Shown one piece after another: positions 36,575-46,373 of a DNA stretch of 64,000 bases. This stretch comes from Candidatus Aenigmatarchaeota archaeon. GTDB lineage: Archaea > Aenigmatarchaeota > Aenigmatarchaeia > QMZP01. Location of the stretch: the NCBI GenBank assembly GCA_043824495.1, contig JBDRSV010000005.1, positions 7,955-71,954 on the forward strand. Direction: 5' to 3'. The notes below the pieces were generated by a model that was not told the DNA's origin, did no database searches, and saw nothing but the letters and a program-made list of their open reading frames with translations. Every line of letters starts with the position of its first letter. The stretch's first letter is position 1. The translations under genes were made by a program, and so were the position numbers.

Positions 36575-38692
36575 ATGGACGAAGAGAAACCAGTGGAAAA
36601 AGAGCAAGAAAAGGAACAAGAAAAGGAAGAGAGAACAAAAAATGAGATTACTTCTCTAGATCTCAGATTCATAATGAAAGAGCTAAAAGAATTACTCGTC
36701 GGTGGGCTCTTCAGGAAAATATACCAATACGGAGATGCCAAATCAAAAAGACTCTTCTTTGAAGTCTACATGCCAGAAAAAGGAAATAAATGGCTATTCA
36801 TAGATTCTAACAAACTATTCATAACAGATACAAGAAAACCATCTCCACAAGAACCTCCTAGTTTTTGTATGTTTTTGAGAAAACATTTGATGAACAAGAA
36901 AATAATAGATGTCAAGCAACACGATTTTGATAGAATAATAGAAATATACACAGAAGATAATATCTTAATATTAGAGTTATTCTCAAAGGGAAATGTAATT
37001 CTAACAGATACAAAAAAGAAAATAATAATGCCATTGGAGATGCAGAAATGGAAGGACAGAGAAATAAGACCCAAAGTTCCTTATGAATACCCACCAAGAA
37101 AAATAAATCCATTTGGTATAAGCTTTGATGTAATAATGACCCTCCTAAAGAAAGGAGAGAAAAAGCTTATTTCCATGCTTGCATCTGATCTCGGTTTCGG
37201 AGCTATCTATGCATCTGAAATATGCATAAGAGCTGAACTAAATGAAGATACACCAACAGGGGAAATCTCCATACACAAAGTGGTCAACCTGCATAGAGTG
37301 ATAGAAGATCTGGATAAAATAGAAATAGAACCTTGTATATACAAAAACACAGTATCACCATTTCCCTTAAGAACATATAATTTTGAATTACCTGAGAAAA
37401 CTGATACATTCTCAGAAGCTTTAGATCGCTTTTTCACATCTCAAATGACTGAAGAAGAAAGGAAAGAAGAACAAGCAATTACAAATGAAGTGAAAGATGA
37501 ACAAGAAAGAATATTAGAACAACAACAAGATGCTAAAGATAAGTGGAGTGAAACAGACAAGGAATCAAAAGAGATTGCAAATGCTATTTACAACAATTAC
37601 AGTACAGTAGAATCTATTCTAACAGGACTGAAAAAAGCAAGAGATTCTGGGATAGATTGGAAAGATCTAAAAGAAAAAATAAAATCAGAACAAACACCAG
37701 AAGCAGAAGCCATAAAAGAGATTAGAGAAGGTGATGCAGCTGTAGTAGTAAGCTTAGATGGGAAGGATATAGAGCTAGATATAAGAAAAACAGTTGAAGA
37801 GAACGCTGCTAGTTATTATGAAGAGTCTAAACATGCAAGAGGAAAAGCAACTAGAACAGAAAGTGCTATAGGTAAAACAGAATCGGCCATAGAACAACTA
37901 GAAAGAGAAGACAAGGAAAGAGCAGAGCAACTAGCAAGACAAGCAGAACATCCAACTAGTCCAGCGGTTCAACAAGAACAAGAAGCACAAGACCAAGATC
38001 AAATAGATCAGACACAAGAAGATGAAGAACAATCACCAGAAAAGAAGACCAGAAAGAAATGGTATGAGAAGTTCAGATGGTTCTTCTCATCTGATGGATT
38101 CCTAGTAATAGCAGGAAGAAGTGCAGATCAAAATGAAATGATTCTTAAGAAACACACAGATTCAACAGATATAGTGTTCCATGCAGATATCCCAGGAGCA
38201 GCTTTCGTGGTAATTAAGGGTCAGGGTATGGAACCTCCTCATGAAACAATTAAAGAAGCTGCAGAGTTCTCAGCAGCTAACTCAAAGGCATGGTCCAAGG
38301 GCCTAGGAACTGTTGACGTATTCTGCGTTCCAAGAGCGCAGGTAAGCAAGAGTCCACCTTCAGGTCAGCACCTTCCTAAGGGATCTTTCATGGTCACAGG
38401 AGAGAGAATATGGTTTAGAGACATGGAGCTCAAGGTCTCTGTGGGAGTAAAAATAGAAGATGGTGTTCCTAAAGCTATTGCAGGTCCTGTGATGGCCATG
38501 AGAAAGAATAGTAAATACTTTGTAACAATCAGACCAGGCTTCAAGAAGAGCTTAGATCTATCCAAAGCAATCAAAAACAAACTCCTCATAAAAGCAAATC
38601 CAGAGGACAAGAACATAATCAATCAAGTAAATCCAGATGAATTCCAAGTCCTAGTCCCATCAGGAACAGGTGAGATTGTAGAAGTTGTTTAA
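36575..38692 (+). CDS. NFACT-family (FbpA/RqcH/Rqc2-like) ribosome quality control protein
   Basis: It has an NFACT-N-like N-terminus, a long coiled coil and the DUF814-like block WFFSSDGFLVIAGRSADQNEMILKKH...VFHADIPGAAFVVIK. Confidence 0.8.
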   Translation: MDEEKPVEKEQEKEQEKEERTKNEITSLDLRFIMKELKELLVGGLFRKIYQYGDAKSKRLFFEVYMPEKGNKWLFIDSNKLFITDTRKPSPQEPPSFCMFLRKHLMNKKIIDVKQHDFDRIIEIYTEDNILILELFSKGNVILTDTKKKIIMPLEMQKWKDREIRPKVPYEYPPRKINPFGISFDVIMTLLKKGEKKLISMLASDLGFGAIYASEICIRAELNEDTPTGEISIHKVVNLHRVIEDLDKIEIEPCIYKNTVSPFPLRTYNFELPEKTDTFSEALDRFFTSQMTEEERKEEQAITNEVKDEQERILEQQQDAKDKWSETDKESKEIANAIYNNYSTVESILTGLKKARDSGIDWKDLKEKIKSEQTPEAEAIKEIREGDAAVVVSLDGKDIELDIRKTVEENAASYYEESKHARGKATRTESAIGKTESAIEQLEREDKERAEQLARQAEHPTSPAVQQEQEAQDQDQIDQTQEDEEQSPEKKTRKKWYEKFRWFFSSDGFLVIAGRSADQNEMILKKHTDSTDIVFHADIPGAAFVVIKGQGMEPPHETIKEAAEFSAANSKAWSKGLGTVDVFCVPRAQVSKSPPSGQHLPKGSFMVTGERIWFRDMELKVSVGVKIEDGVPKAIAGPVMAMRKNSKYFVTIRPGFKKSLDLSKAIKNKLLIKANPEDKNIINQVNPDEFQVLVPSGTGEIVEVV

Positions 38693-39084
38693 GCCTTATT
38701 ATAAGAAATCTAAATCGCTACCAGGACTTTTGTATCTTTTCTGATATCCCTGAATTTTTTGGTGATAGTCCCCAATATAAAAAACATCATATCCGCCTTT
38801 ACCAAGAGGGTGACGGTCATCCAATCCTGTTTTATATCGCTTTAAATCTCCCATAATAAGACTTTCCATTCAAGAGTTTAAATAAGAAAAATCAGGCTAA
38901 TCAATGTCGATTATACAATCTAGGCATATAAAATAAGCTATCATAAGCTGGCCATCTTCATGTTGTTCATTACACTCTGTACAGATCTTCATGTTATTCA
39001 CTTAACAAAACCTATGATACTCATGTTTTTAAGTGTTTCCCTCTATTAGAGTCTATTTAAATTAAAATCATCTTATTATATTAC

Positions 39085-39249
39085 ATGGAACAATCAACAG
39101 TATGCAGTCAGTGTGGAGAGCTCGCAAGACCTCCAAAGAGCTGCAATATGTGTGGTGCCATTGTGTGTGGCAAGTGTATAGATCATAATATCGGCCTTTG
39201 TAAATTTTGTAGAGCAAAGGCAAAACACCCAAGACCACCTAAGTTTTAG
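39085..39249 (+). CDS. 54-aa zinc-ribbon protein (below ORF-track cutoff)
   Basis: MEQSTVCSQCGELARPPKSCNMCGAIVCGKCIDHNIGLCKFCRAKAKHPRPPKF contains four CxxC pairs. Confidence 0.35.
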   Translation: MEQSTVCSQCGELARPPKSCNMCGAIVCGKCIDHNIGLCKFCRAKAKHPRPPKF

Positions 39250-39324
39250 TAAATTCTACAAACATAGTGCATGACTACGAAAACCTAGATTGAAATGCCT
39301 ATTTAAATTTTACCTTTAAGTTCT

Positions 39325-39430
39325 ATTCATCATGCTCCACAATTCACGCCATTTAAGTCTTTTGACTGATTATTACCAAAATATCTGGTAATAGTTTGGC
39401 TTTTGTATTTTAGGTAAAACAACGGAAGAC
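39325..39430 (+). repeat. Cassette 5'-leader module, copy 3 (ATTCATCATGCTCCACAATTCACGCCATTTAAGTC ... hairpin ATTACCA-aaatatc-TGGTAAT ... TTTGGCTTTTGTATTTTAGGTAAAACAACGG)
   Basis: See 6675..6785. The conserved blocks have the same 37-nt spacing, and that interval holds a different inverted repeat in each copy. Confidence 0.7.
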
Positions 39431-39487
39431 TACTAAAGTCTTCACATCATAGAGAAACGCTTAGTTTTGAGAATATGGGGGTGTGAA

Positions 39488-39832
39488 ATGCGTACAGAAA
39501 CATTATGGACAGGCATGATCTCCGAAGAATATGGTTTCAGATGTGGTCCAGTTCCAGAGATCTATGAATTCAAAGTGACAAGAGAAGGAGGAATCTGCTT
39601 CGTCCAACAGAACAAGGGACCAACTGGACTCGTGACACTAAACGTAGAACCTATTACAGGGAAAGTCAAACTCAAGACAGGGGATGTTATTGAGACTCCG
39701 GACAAATGGGTAAGGTACGTCTTACAGGAACATCAATCGGCAGTGGGAATCGAGATCCCTGTCCGTCAGGACCTCGAAGAAATAGACCCTGAAGACGATC
39801 TTCGTACCTTACCAACACCAGGCTGGTTCTGA
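39488..39832 (+). CDS. hypothetical protein
   Basis: The start was moved to the ATG preceded by GGGGGTG. 114 aa. Confidence 0.5.
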   Translation: MRTETLWTGMISEEYGFRCGPVPEIYEFKVTREGGICFVQQNKGPTGLVTLNVEPITGKVKLKTGDVIETPDKWVRYVLQEHQSAVGIEIPVRQDLEEIDPEDDLRTLPTPGWF

Positions 39833-39904
39833 GTTTGGTGTAAACTGGGAGAGCAGAGGGAAAGCAAATTATAGATGAATTTGAACCAGTAAAGGAGTAC
39901 AACC

Positions 39905-40489
39905 ATGCCGTTCAAGATTATCCTAGTTGATGGAGACGGTGCCGGAGTGAGCGGTGTCGATATCCAACTCAATTTCCATGGTGTAAAGCCGGATGAAAGA
40001 TTCACAGTAGGCACAACTGACGCAAACGGTGAGTTGGAACTGGCAGTCACCACCGTTGACGATGTAGAACTGAAGAGCGCAATCTTTGATATCTCGTTGG
40101 ACGGTGAGAATTTCATGGAATGCGCGACCTTCACCTACGTTCCTGGTGAATCTCTGAAACTGAGTAAAATTCCAGTTTCAATGGCCACTTCGCCAGACAG
40201 TTTCCAAGTTCTGATCTTACAGGAAAACGACAATACACCAGTAGAAGGTGCAAGTGTCGCGATGCTCAAGGGAGGCAAGGTCGTTTGGAGCACACTGACA
40301 AGTGAGCATGGCCTCGCAACCATAGACAACGCGCAAACCGAAAAATGTGAGTTGTGGGTCCAAGGTTCTCTCGTTAAGATCCGTGATGAACTCCATGATG
40401 ACAGAGGAACCATTCGCATTGTTCATGTGGGCGAGCCCGATGGAACTACATGGGCACTTGTCACAGGGATCGATGCCGACGAAGAATAA
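39905..40489 (+). CDS. hypothetical protein with two beta-sandwich-like (carboxypeptidase-regulatory/PEGA-like) repeats, paralogue A
   Basis: AAGGAGTACAACC-ATG leader. The pattern VDGDGAGVSGVDIQL....TTDANGELEL recurs. Confidence 0.55.
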   Translation: MPFKIILVDGDGAGVSGVDIQLNFHGVKPDERFTVGTTDANGELELAVTTVDDVELKSAIFDISLDGENFMECATFTYVPGESLKLSKIPVSMATSPDSFQVLILQENDNTPVEGASVAMLKGGKVVWSTLTSEHGLATIDNAQTEKCELWVQGSLVKIRDELHDDRGTIRIVHVGEPDGTTWALVTGIDADEE

Positions 40490-40563
40490 TCATATGTCCT
40501 ACGACAAAGAATTCATTGAATGGGAGTTATAATCACACCCCACTAACCAGAAGGAGTACACCC

Positions 40564-41196
40564 ATGTACAGAGTTTCGTTAGGGAGGGATGGAGTTAAAG
40601 TTGAGCTCGATTGCTCCAAAACAACACCGGACACCGGAACCGCTGAAGCCGTCACGACTGCGAATGGCGGCGTCGCCGAGTTTCAGGTCACCGTGAATGG
40701 AACCGAAATTGACGGCGAATTAATCACATTGAAGCTGAACGGCGCCGAATTTGCGGACGGAGCGCAGTTCACTTACACACCCGGTGAAATCCTGGAACTT
40801 CATGAGGTTCCTGCTGTCACAGTGACATCACCCGCAGAATTCCGTGTCCGGGTTCTGAGGGTAGCGACAGATGCCGAAACGGTTCCAGTACCTGTGCAGG
40901 ACGTATCTGTTCTGATCACCGAGTCAGATAGCAGCAAAATTCTCCTGAACACACGGACGGACGCCAGGGGATTTGCTATTATGGTAGAACCAACCGGTGA
41001 AGAGATCAGGATCTTTGTCGACGGTGTGGATCTTGATATCGATCCTCCCTACGGTGACGCAGGAACCGTTCACGTCGTGTTCGTGGACGATGTCGACGAG
41101 GGGACCAACTGGGTTCTCACAACCCCGCTTGGTGTCAAGGTCGAGGATGCCGGCGACTTAGCCGACAAAACCAAAGAAGTGTCGCAGCAGTCGTAA
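40564..41196 (+). CDS. paralogue B of 39905..40489
   Basis: The start was moved to MYRVSLGRDG behind a nearly identical AAGGAGTACACCC-ATG leader. It is colinear with paralogue A: FTY(V/T)PGE.L.L..(I/V)P, then a second repeat ending T.W.L(V/T)T. Confidence 0.55.
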   Translation: MYRVSLGRDGVKVELDCSKTTPDTGTAEAVTTANGGVAEFQVTVNGTEIDGELITLKLNGAEFADGAQFTYTPGEILELHEVPAVTVTSPAEFRVRVLRVATDAETVPVPVQDVSVLITESDSSKILLNTRTDARGFAIMVEPTGEEIRIFVDGVDLDIDPPYGDAGTVHVVFVDDVDEGTNWVLTTPLGVKVEDAGDLADKTKEVSQQS

Positions 41197-41269
41197 TTCA
41201 CGGCGACACCACACAAACTCGTGCCGGGGATGGGTTCATGCCTGTCCTCGGCTCCTGAAGGAGATGAAC

Positions 41270-41434
41270 ATGGGATTCTGGTTAAGATCTGCTGATGATG
41301 GTTCAGAAGGTCTTTCGGTTCTCGAGATAGTGGGAGTTGCTATCATCGCTGGAATCGTGTTGGTGGCAGCTATTAGTGTGCCTATTATCATTTTTTCCCC
41401 TAAGATCAATAATCAGAGAAACAAAACCATATGA
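41270..41434 (+). CDS. 54-aa Flp/Fap-pilin-like small hydrophobic protein (tentative)
   Basis: AGGAG SD is present. In MGFWLRSADDGSEGLSVLEIVGVAIIAGIVLVAAISVPIII..., the G-x4-E followed by a hydrophobic helix resembles Flp prepilins. Confidence 0.35.
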   Translation: MGFWLRSADDGSEGLSVLEIVGVAIIAGIVLVAAISVPIIIFSPKINNQRNKTI

Positions 41435-41460
41435 GAAGATGTGAATTTTGCTCTGATTGT

Positions 41461-41486
41461 TTTATATTGTCTACTTAAAGGGATAA
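41461..41486 (-). repeat. Cassette 3'-flank motif, copy C (reverse complement: TTATCCCTTTAAGTAGACAATATAAA)
   Basis: 23/26 identical to copy A. It lies 49 nt upstream of tRNA-Ser. Confidence 0.85.
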
Positions 41487-41535
41487 AATAGAATGAAAAA
41501 TAACTTAAATACGGCAGTGTATATTCTTCTTATAT

Positions 41536-41617
41536 GCCGGGATGGCAGAATGGTTAATGCGCACGACTGGAAATCGTGTGCCCTTTGGGCTTGGGGGTTC
41601 GAATCCCTCTCCCGGCG
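41536..41617 (+). tRNA. tRNA-Ser (anticodon GGA), class II with long variable arm
   Basis: Hand fold: acceptor GCCGGGA/TCCCGGC, anticodon arm CACGA-CTGGAAA-TCGTG, variable arm GCCC-ttt-GGGC, T arm GGGGG-TTCGAAT-CCCTC. Confidence 0.85.
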
Positions 41618-41759
41618 TTTCTTTATTTAATAAGGTCACAGAAATAAACAAAAGATCTAAATAATGTATTTTAATGTGCCCTTACAGAAAATGTATGCAT
41701 GGGCACCAAATTAAACAAAAATAGATAATTTTATATATTATTGTGCCCATATATAAAAT

Positions 41760-42698
41760 ATGGTTTATTTAGAGAAGATTCAGAGAAGAGACAAAACTTA
41801 TTACTACGTCACAAAAAACTTTAGGATCAACGATAAGAAATGGAAAAAAATAAGAAAATATGTAGGTAACACTCCTCCTTCAAAAGAAGACACAAAAAAA
41901 GCAATAAAGGAGATTGAGAGAGAAGCAATAGAAAGAAACCTGAAGAAGTCCTCTTCTAAGTATAATTACCTGAGCAATGAAGAAGCGGAAAAGTTGCAGG
42001 ACTTGAAAGAGATTTTTAACAAATGGTACGGAAAGCTGACTGGTATTGCGAAAAAAAAATATGAAGAGGATTTTGTTGTAAGATTCACATATAATTCGAA
42101 TGCTATTGAAGGCAATCGTTTAAGTCTTCGTGAAACAAGTATGATTTTAACAGAAAATATAATACCTTCGGGTGCTATACCTAATGATTACAATGAAACT
42201 ATCAACTCAAAAGACTGCTATGAATTCATGAAAGAGTATAAAGGAGAATTCAATCAGAAATTTCTACTCAAGATCCAGGAGCTTCTCACAAAGAATACTA
42301 ATTGTAGGATTACAGGAAGATACAGGGATCATGAAGTTAGGATTTCTGGTTCTGAATGGATTCCTCCTCCACATAAAAAAGTCAAAGAGGAAATGAGAAA
42401 GGTTTTTCAATGGTACTATTCTGCTAGTAAGAAGTTACATCCTGTGGAGCTCGGAGCAATTCTGCATAATAAATTAATAAGAATTCATCCATTCTCTGAC
42501 GGAAACGGGAGAACATCAAGGGTTGTAATGAATTGGATATTAATGAGGAGTGATTTCCCTATGGTTTACATAGAATTAAAAGATAAGGCGGCGTATTATG
42601 ATGCTATTGAACAGGGAGACAAAGGAAAAGATGATGCAATAGTACATTACATTACCTCTACTCTTATGAAACAGCACACGTTTAAACCGGAAAATTAG
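41760..42698 (+). CDS. Fic/DOC-family protein (AMPylase-type)
   Basis: The canonical Fic motif HPFSDGNGRTSR is present. Confidence 0.85.
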   Translation: MVYLEKIQRRDKTYYYVTKNFRINDKKWKKIRKYVGNTPPSKEDTKKAIKEIEREAIERNLKKSSSKYNYLSNEEAEKLQDLKEIFNKWYGKLTGIAKKKYEEDFVVRFTYNSNAIEGNRLSLRETSMILTENIIPSGAIPNDYNETINSKDCYEFMKEYKGEFNQKFLLKIQELLTKNTNCRITGRYRDHEVRISGSEWIPPPHKKVKEEMRKVFQWYYSASKKLHPVELGAILHNKLIRIHPFSDGNGRTSRVVMNWILMRSDFPMVYIELKDKAAYYDAIEQGDKGKDDAIVHYITSTLMKQHTFKPEN

Positions 42699-42809
42699 TC
42701 ATTAAATTTCAAGAATCCCAGTCCCGGTGTCTTAAAAAGCAATCCTAGTTTAATAATAATGGAACTTGTATAAGGGTTTCATGACTAAGGAAGACATAAA
42801 AACAAAAAT

Positions 42810-44174
42810 CTAAACTCTCCGATACAGGTTAATAGTAAATGAATCTCCAAAATGAAGTTTTGAATTGAAAGTCTTGTTAAGGTAGTATTTTCCTGGAAGT
42901 ATATCCTCTATGTCTCTTGAGAGATCAGGAGTAAAGAACCCATCTAAAACAATGATATCAAAGAATCTATTATCAACCGCTTCTTTAAAATCATTAAATG
43001 TCGATAGAGTGTCCCCATCATAATCTAAGTAGAATGTTGCATGAGTTTGCTTATTTGGTTCTCTCATAAAATAATATATATATGAATTTGATTCTCCAAG
43101 AATAATATTAGCATCGGGCATGCTTCTTATATAATCCACTGGTTCAGATATATTTGGATACGAACGGTCTAAATAATACACAAAAAATCCAGATGATATT
43201 ACAAAGGCAATCAAAACAATACCCCCAATTTTTACTCGTAGTCTTACAATTCCAGCAGCCATGAGAGGAGAGAGAAAAATAAATGGATATGCCATGTGCT
43301 TAAACATTGTATACTCAAAATTGAAAGTGAATACATGAAAAATAAACATTAAGAGAGATCCGAATAACAAATATTTCCATTCCTTGATCCTATTCTTTGC
43401 CAATAATGCCAAAGAGAAGGGAATGACAAAGTAGAAAAGAATACTAATAAATCTCGTAATATCGATTTGAGCTAATGAATTTAGATGCTTATCAGAGAAA
43501 AATGATAATAATGATATCAAAGAAGAAAAGAACAATATAGCATAAATAGAAAGAAATAATAAAAATACAATCAAGAAGTATAGGCCCTTCTTTTTATTTT
43601 TAGAATAAATGAATGGGAATAAGACTACTGTATATATTATTGCAATATATTTTGATATTACTGAGAAGAAAAATGATATCGGTGATAGATAAAATCCTTT
43701 ATTTTTTGATCCAGCAATTGCAAAGTAAAAACCAGCAGATAGGAAAAAGATGGAGAATATTTCAAACGATACCATTCTACTGACAAATATGAATGGCGCA
43801 TTTAAAACAAATATGGAAAGAGATACAAGAGCTAGCTTTCTATCTAATAGTTCTCTAGATGTAAGATAGACAAAAAATGAAGTCCCAGTAGCTAAAATTA
43901 CACTGAGCAAGCGTGCTGCAAAAAGTCCTCCGATTAAATCCATTATTCCATAAATTAATGGGAAAAGAGTACTACCAAATATATATCTTGGAGGATCGCC
44001 ACCAAAATCATAAATATCCCGTAACTCATTCCCTATGATAAGATACTGTGACTCATCAGTGAAAATAGTATTGAAATTCAGATTAGCAGCCTCGAAAAGG
44101 AAGAACAGAACAAGTATGATAACAAGGATGTATTTGGCATCAGTTCTTTGTATCCATTCAGGCACCGAATTCAT
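42810..44174 (-). CDS. polytopic GT-C-like (PMT_2/ArnT-like) membrane glycosyltransferase (tentative)
   Basis: About 11 TM helices precede a soluble C-terminal domain. An acidic DE motif (FTDESQY) lies in the first loop. Confidence 0.5.
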   Translation of the reverse strand: MNSVPEWIQRTDAKYILVIILVLFFLFEAANLNFNTIFTDESQYLIIGNELRDIYDFGGDPPRYIFGSTLFPLIYGIMDLIGGLFAARLLSVILATGTSFFVYLTSRELLDRKLALVSLSIFVLNAPFIFVSRMVSFEIFSIFFLSAGFYFAIAGSKNKGFYLSPISFFFSVISKYIAIIYTVVLFPFIYSKNKKKGLYFLIVFLLFLSIYAILFFSSLISLLSFFSDKHLNSLAQIDITRFISILFYFVIPFSLALLAKNRIKEWKYLLFGSLLMFIFHVFTFNFEYTMFKHMAYPFIFLSPLMAAGIVRLRVKIGGIVLIAFVISSGFFVYYLDRSYPNISEPVDYIRSMPDANIILGESNSYIYYFMREPNKQTHATFYLDYDGDTLSTFNDFKEAVDNRFFDIIVLDGFFTPDLSRDIEDILPGKYYLNKTFNSKLHFGDSFTINLYRRV

Positions 44175-44202
44175 AAAACATTATTTCTTTAGAATCATAA
44201 AT

Positions 44203-44249
44203 ATCTAATGTTCCATTTGGGCTTGGGGGTTCAAATCCCTCCTCCGGCG
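44203..44249 (+). repeat. Duplicate of the 3' part of tRNA-Ser (att-like direct repeat / tRNA remnant)
   Basis: CCATTTGGGCTTGGGGGTTCAAATCCCTCCTCCGGCG matches 41581..41617 at 33/37, and weaker similarity extends about 10 nt further upstream. No 5' half is present. Confidence 0.65.
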
Positions 44250-44302
44250 TCTTTTCTATATCAGACCTAGTTATATAAAATTTACTATGTTTAATCTTTT
44301 AC

Positions 44303-44668
44303 ATGAACTTCGACGATATGTTCAAACCATATTCTCCTAAAATTAGAGGAGATCTGAAAATATACTTAAGAGAACATGATGGAATGAGAGCAGATAGTCT
44401 ATTTCATGGTTCTGAGTACTTTTTTGTTATCAGAGATAAAGGGTGGATGATTCCAGGTTATACATATATAAGAGTGAATCAAAGTCCTATTCCAGATATT
44501 GGTTATTTTGTAAATGATGATTTTTTGTTAGAAAGTATGGGAACTGGAGACCCTAATATGAGTCTTATGGGTGCAAAAAAAGGTATTTATGATCCAAGTG
44601 ATGCATTAAAAGACCGAACGTGGTCAATTTCAGGTTTGGAGCTTGAACCCGACATCTTCGAAGTTTAA
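44303..44668 (+). CDS. hypothetical protein
   Basis: 121-aa ORF. Confidence 0.5.
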   Translation: MNFDDMFKPYSPKIRGDLKIYLREHDGMRADSLFHGSEYFFVIRDKGWMIPGYTYIRVNQSPIPDIGYFVNDDFLLESMGTGDPNMSLMGAKKGIYDPSDALKDRTWSISGLELEPDIFEV

Positions 44669-45747
44669 TAAACAACAACATCAGCGTTTTCTTTCAGACT
44701 TTTTACGTAGCTAGTTAAGATTGTGTTCTGTTTATCAGTTAGGAGTTCTCCTGAAAGTTGTTCTTTTACGTCAGAGAAAGAAAGCATTTTAGCGTTTTTC
44801 TTTCCTGTTAGCATGATAACATGATAACCGAATTCTGTCTGTACAGGAGTTTCTGTGTATTCTCCAACTGCTTTTAAAGAGAATGCTGCAGTCTCGAACT
44901 CTGGAACCATTGCTCCTACGCCAAAGTATCCCAAGTCACCACCTACTGTGGCACTAGGTCCTATTGAGTTTTCTTTTGCTAAAGTGGCGAAATTCTCTCC
45001 TAGACCAAGCTTTTTGATTAGATCTTCTGCTTCTTCTTTTGTGTTAACTAAAATGTGACTTGCACTGATTTGTTCCTCTGTGATGAAAGCATCAGAATTC
45101 TGATCATAAAAGTCCTTGAGTTCTTGTTCAGTGACAATAACATTACTGGTTATTGAATCGGTAATGAAAGAGTTGATTGTAATCTGTCTCTGGACATAAT
45201 CAATGAATGAGTCATAATTGATATTGTTGGCATTCAGTGATTCTAAGAATTGTTCCATGTCAAATGAAGGGTTCTGTGAAAGAATAGTCTCGGCTTCACT
45301 TGAGTTTGTTGAATATCCTTGTTTTTGAGCTTCTTGTAATAATAATTTCTCAGTTACTGTGTTATCTATAAGCTGCTCTTCTGGTATTTGATCCCTGTAG
45401 CTAGCTGGAACTCCCTGAAGGAATAAGTATATTGAGACGTCATCATTGAAGCTGTTAGTGTAAATATTTTCACCATTCACTTGTGCAGTAATGTCTTGAT
45501 CTTGACTCATGAGGATTTGTCCATCACTTATCATTGCTCCAGTAGTATCTGAGTTTGCATAAAAACCGCCATATAGAACGGCCAATGCACCAACTATAAT
45601 AATAACGATAATGGCTAGAATAGCATAAGACTTTCTAGAAGAAGATGTCTTCTTCTCAGTAACTTTCTTGTTCTCAGTGTTCTTAATCTCTTCTTTCTTT
45701 GTCTCAGGTTGAGAATTCACTTTATCAGCTTTTGAGTCCTTTTCCAT
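44665..45747 (-). CDS. membrane-anchored parvulin-type peptidyl-prolyl isomerase (PrsA/SurA-like)
   Basis: It has an N-terminal TM helix and the PpiC block ASHILV...GGDLGYFGVGAMVPEFETAAF...TEFGYHVI. Confidence 0.8.
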   Translation of the reverse strand: MEKDSKADKVNSQPETKKEEIKNTENKKVTEKKTSSSRKSYAILAIIVIIIVGALAVLYGGFYANSDTTGAMISDGQILMSQDQDITAQVNGENIYTNSFNDDVSIYLFLQGVPASYRDQIPEEQLIDNTVTEKLLLQEAQKQGYSTNSSEAETILSQNPSFDMEQFLESLNANNINYDSFIDYVQRQITINSFITDSITSNVIVTEQELKDFYDQNSDAFITEEQISASHILVNTKEEAEDLIKKLGLGENFATLAKENSIGPSATVGGDLGYFGVGAMVPEFETAAFSLKAVGEYTETPVQTEFGYHVIMLTGKKNAKMLSFSDVKEQLSGELLTDKQNTILTSYVKSLKENADVVVY

Positions 45748-45971
45748 TAAATCGCCTTCTATTTCTTATGTACTTAGCAATATTAGATCATTATGTTTTT
45801 TAAGTGTTATGGATCTAAGGTCCACATTCAGGATAATATGGTGGATATTGTGCACTCGAATTCAGGAATTCTATCCATCTCGGGATTCTCAACCTCCAAT
45901 TAAAGAAGTTTTTTCAAATTAAACATGTTCTTATAATACCTGAATATAACCATCGAGAAAGGAGAGATTAT

Positions 45972-46241
45972 ATGACATATGTAATTATTAGACATGAAGT
46001 TAAAGACTACAGAACATGGAAAAAGGCCTTTGATGATCATGGATCAATGCGAAAAGAAAATGGAGAGCAAAGTATACAAATCTTCAGAGAAGCAGACCAT
46101 GAAAACGTGATCATAGCTATGGCAAAATGGGACACACTTGAAAGAGCAAAACAATTCTTTGAATCCGACGATCTGAAAAAAGGAATGGAAGAAGCTGGTG
46201 TTGTAGGAAAGCCTCATATGCATTTCTTGAATGAAATCTGA
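45972..46241 (+). CDS. small alpha/beta-barrel (ABM-like) protein, tentative
   Basis: 89 aa with an AGGAG SD. The call rests on general pattern only. Confidence 0.45.
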   Translation: MTYVIIRHEVKDYRTWKKAFDDHGSMRKENGEQSIQIFREADHENVIIAMAKWDTLERAKQFFESDDLKKGMEEAGVVGKPHMHFLNEI

Positions 46242-46373
46242 ATTAATTGTGTATAATAAAAACCAGGTCGGACATATACAATATGTAGTGGAGTACTGAG
46301 CTATTTATGTAAATCCCTCTTGGGATTCCAATTCTTATTGGTATCGGTTTTGGCGTAAACTTGGGACTTTAAA

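Larger units (their letters stand above)
39325..41486 (+). other. GC-rich cassette 3: four plus-strand ORFs
   Basis: The composition shifts and AAGGAG-type SD boxes are present. The 5' module is at the left end and the 3' motif at the right end, followed by tRNA-Ser. Confidence 0.65.

Noticed and set aside
44203-44249. tRNA 3' fragment as a Nanoarchaeum-style split-tRNA 3' half
   Set aside because: It begins in the variable arm and 3' anticodon-stem region rather than after position 37. It has no GC-rich leader for pairing and no matching 5' half is visible. An att-type duplication is the simpler explanation.
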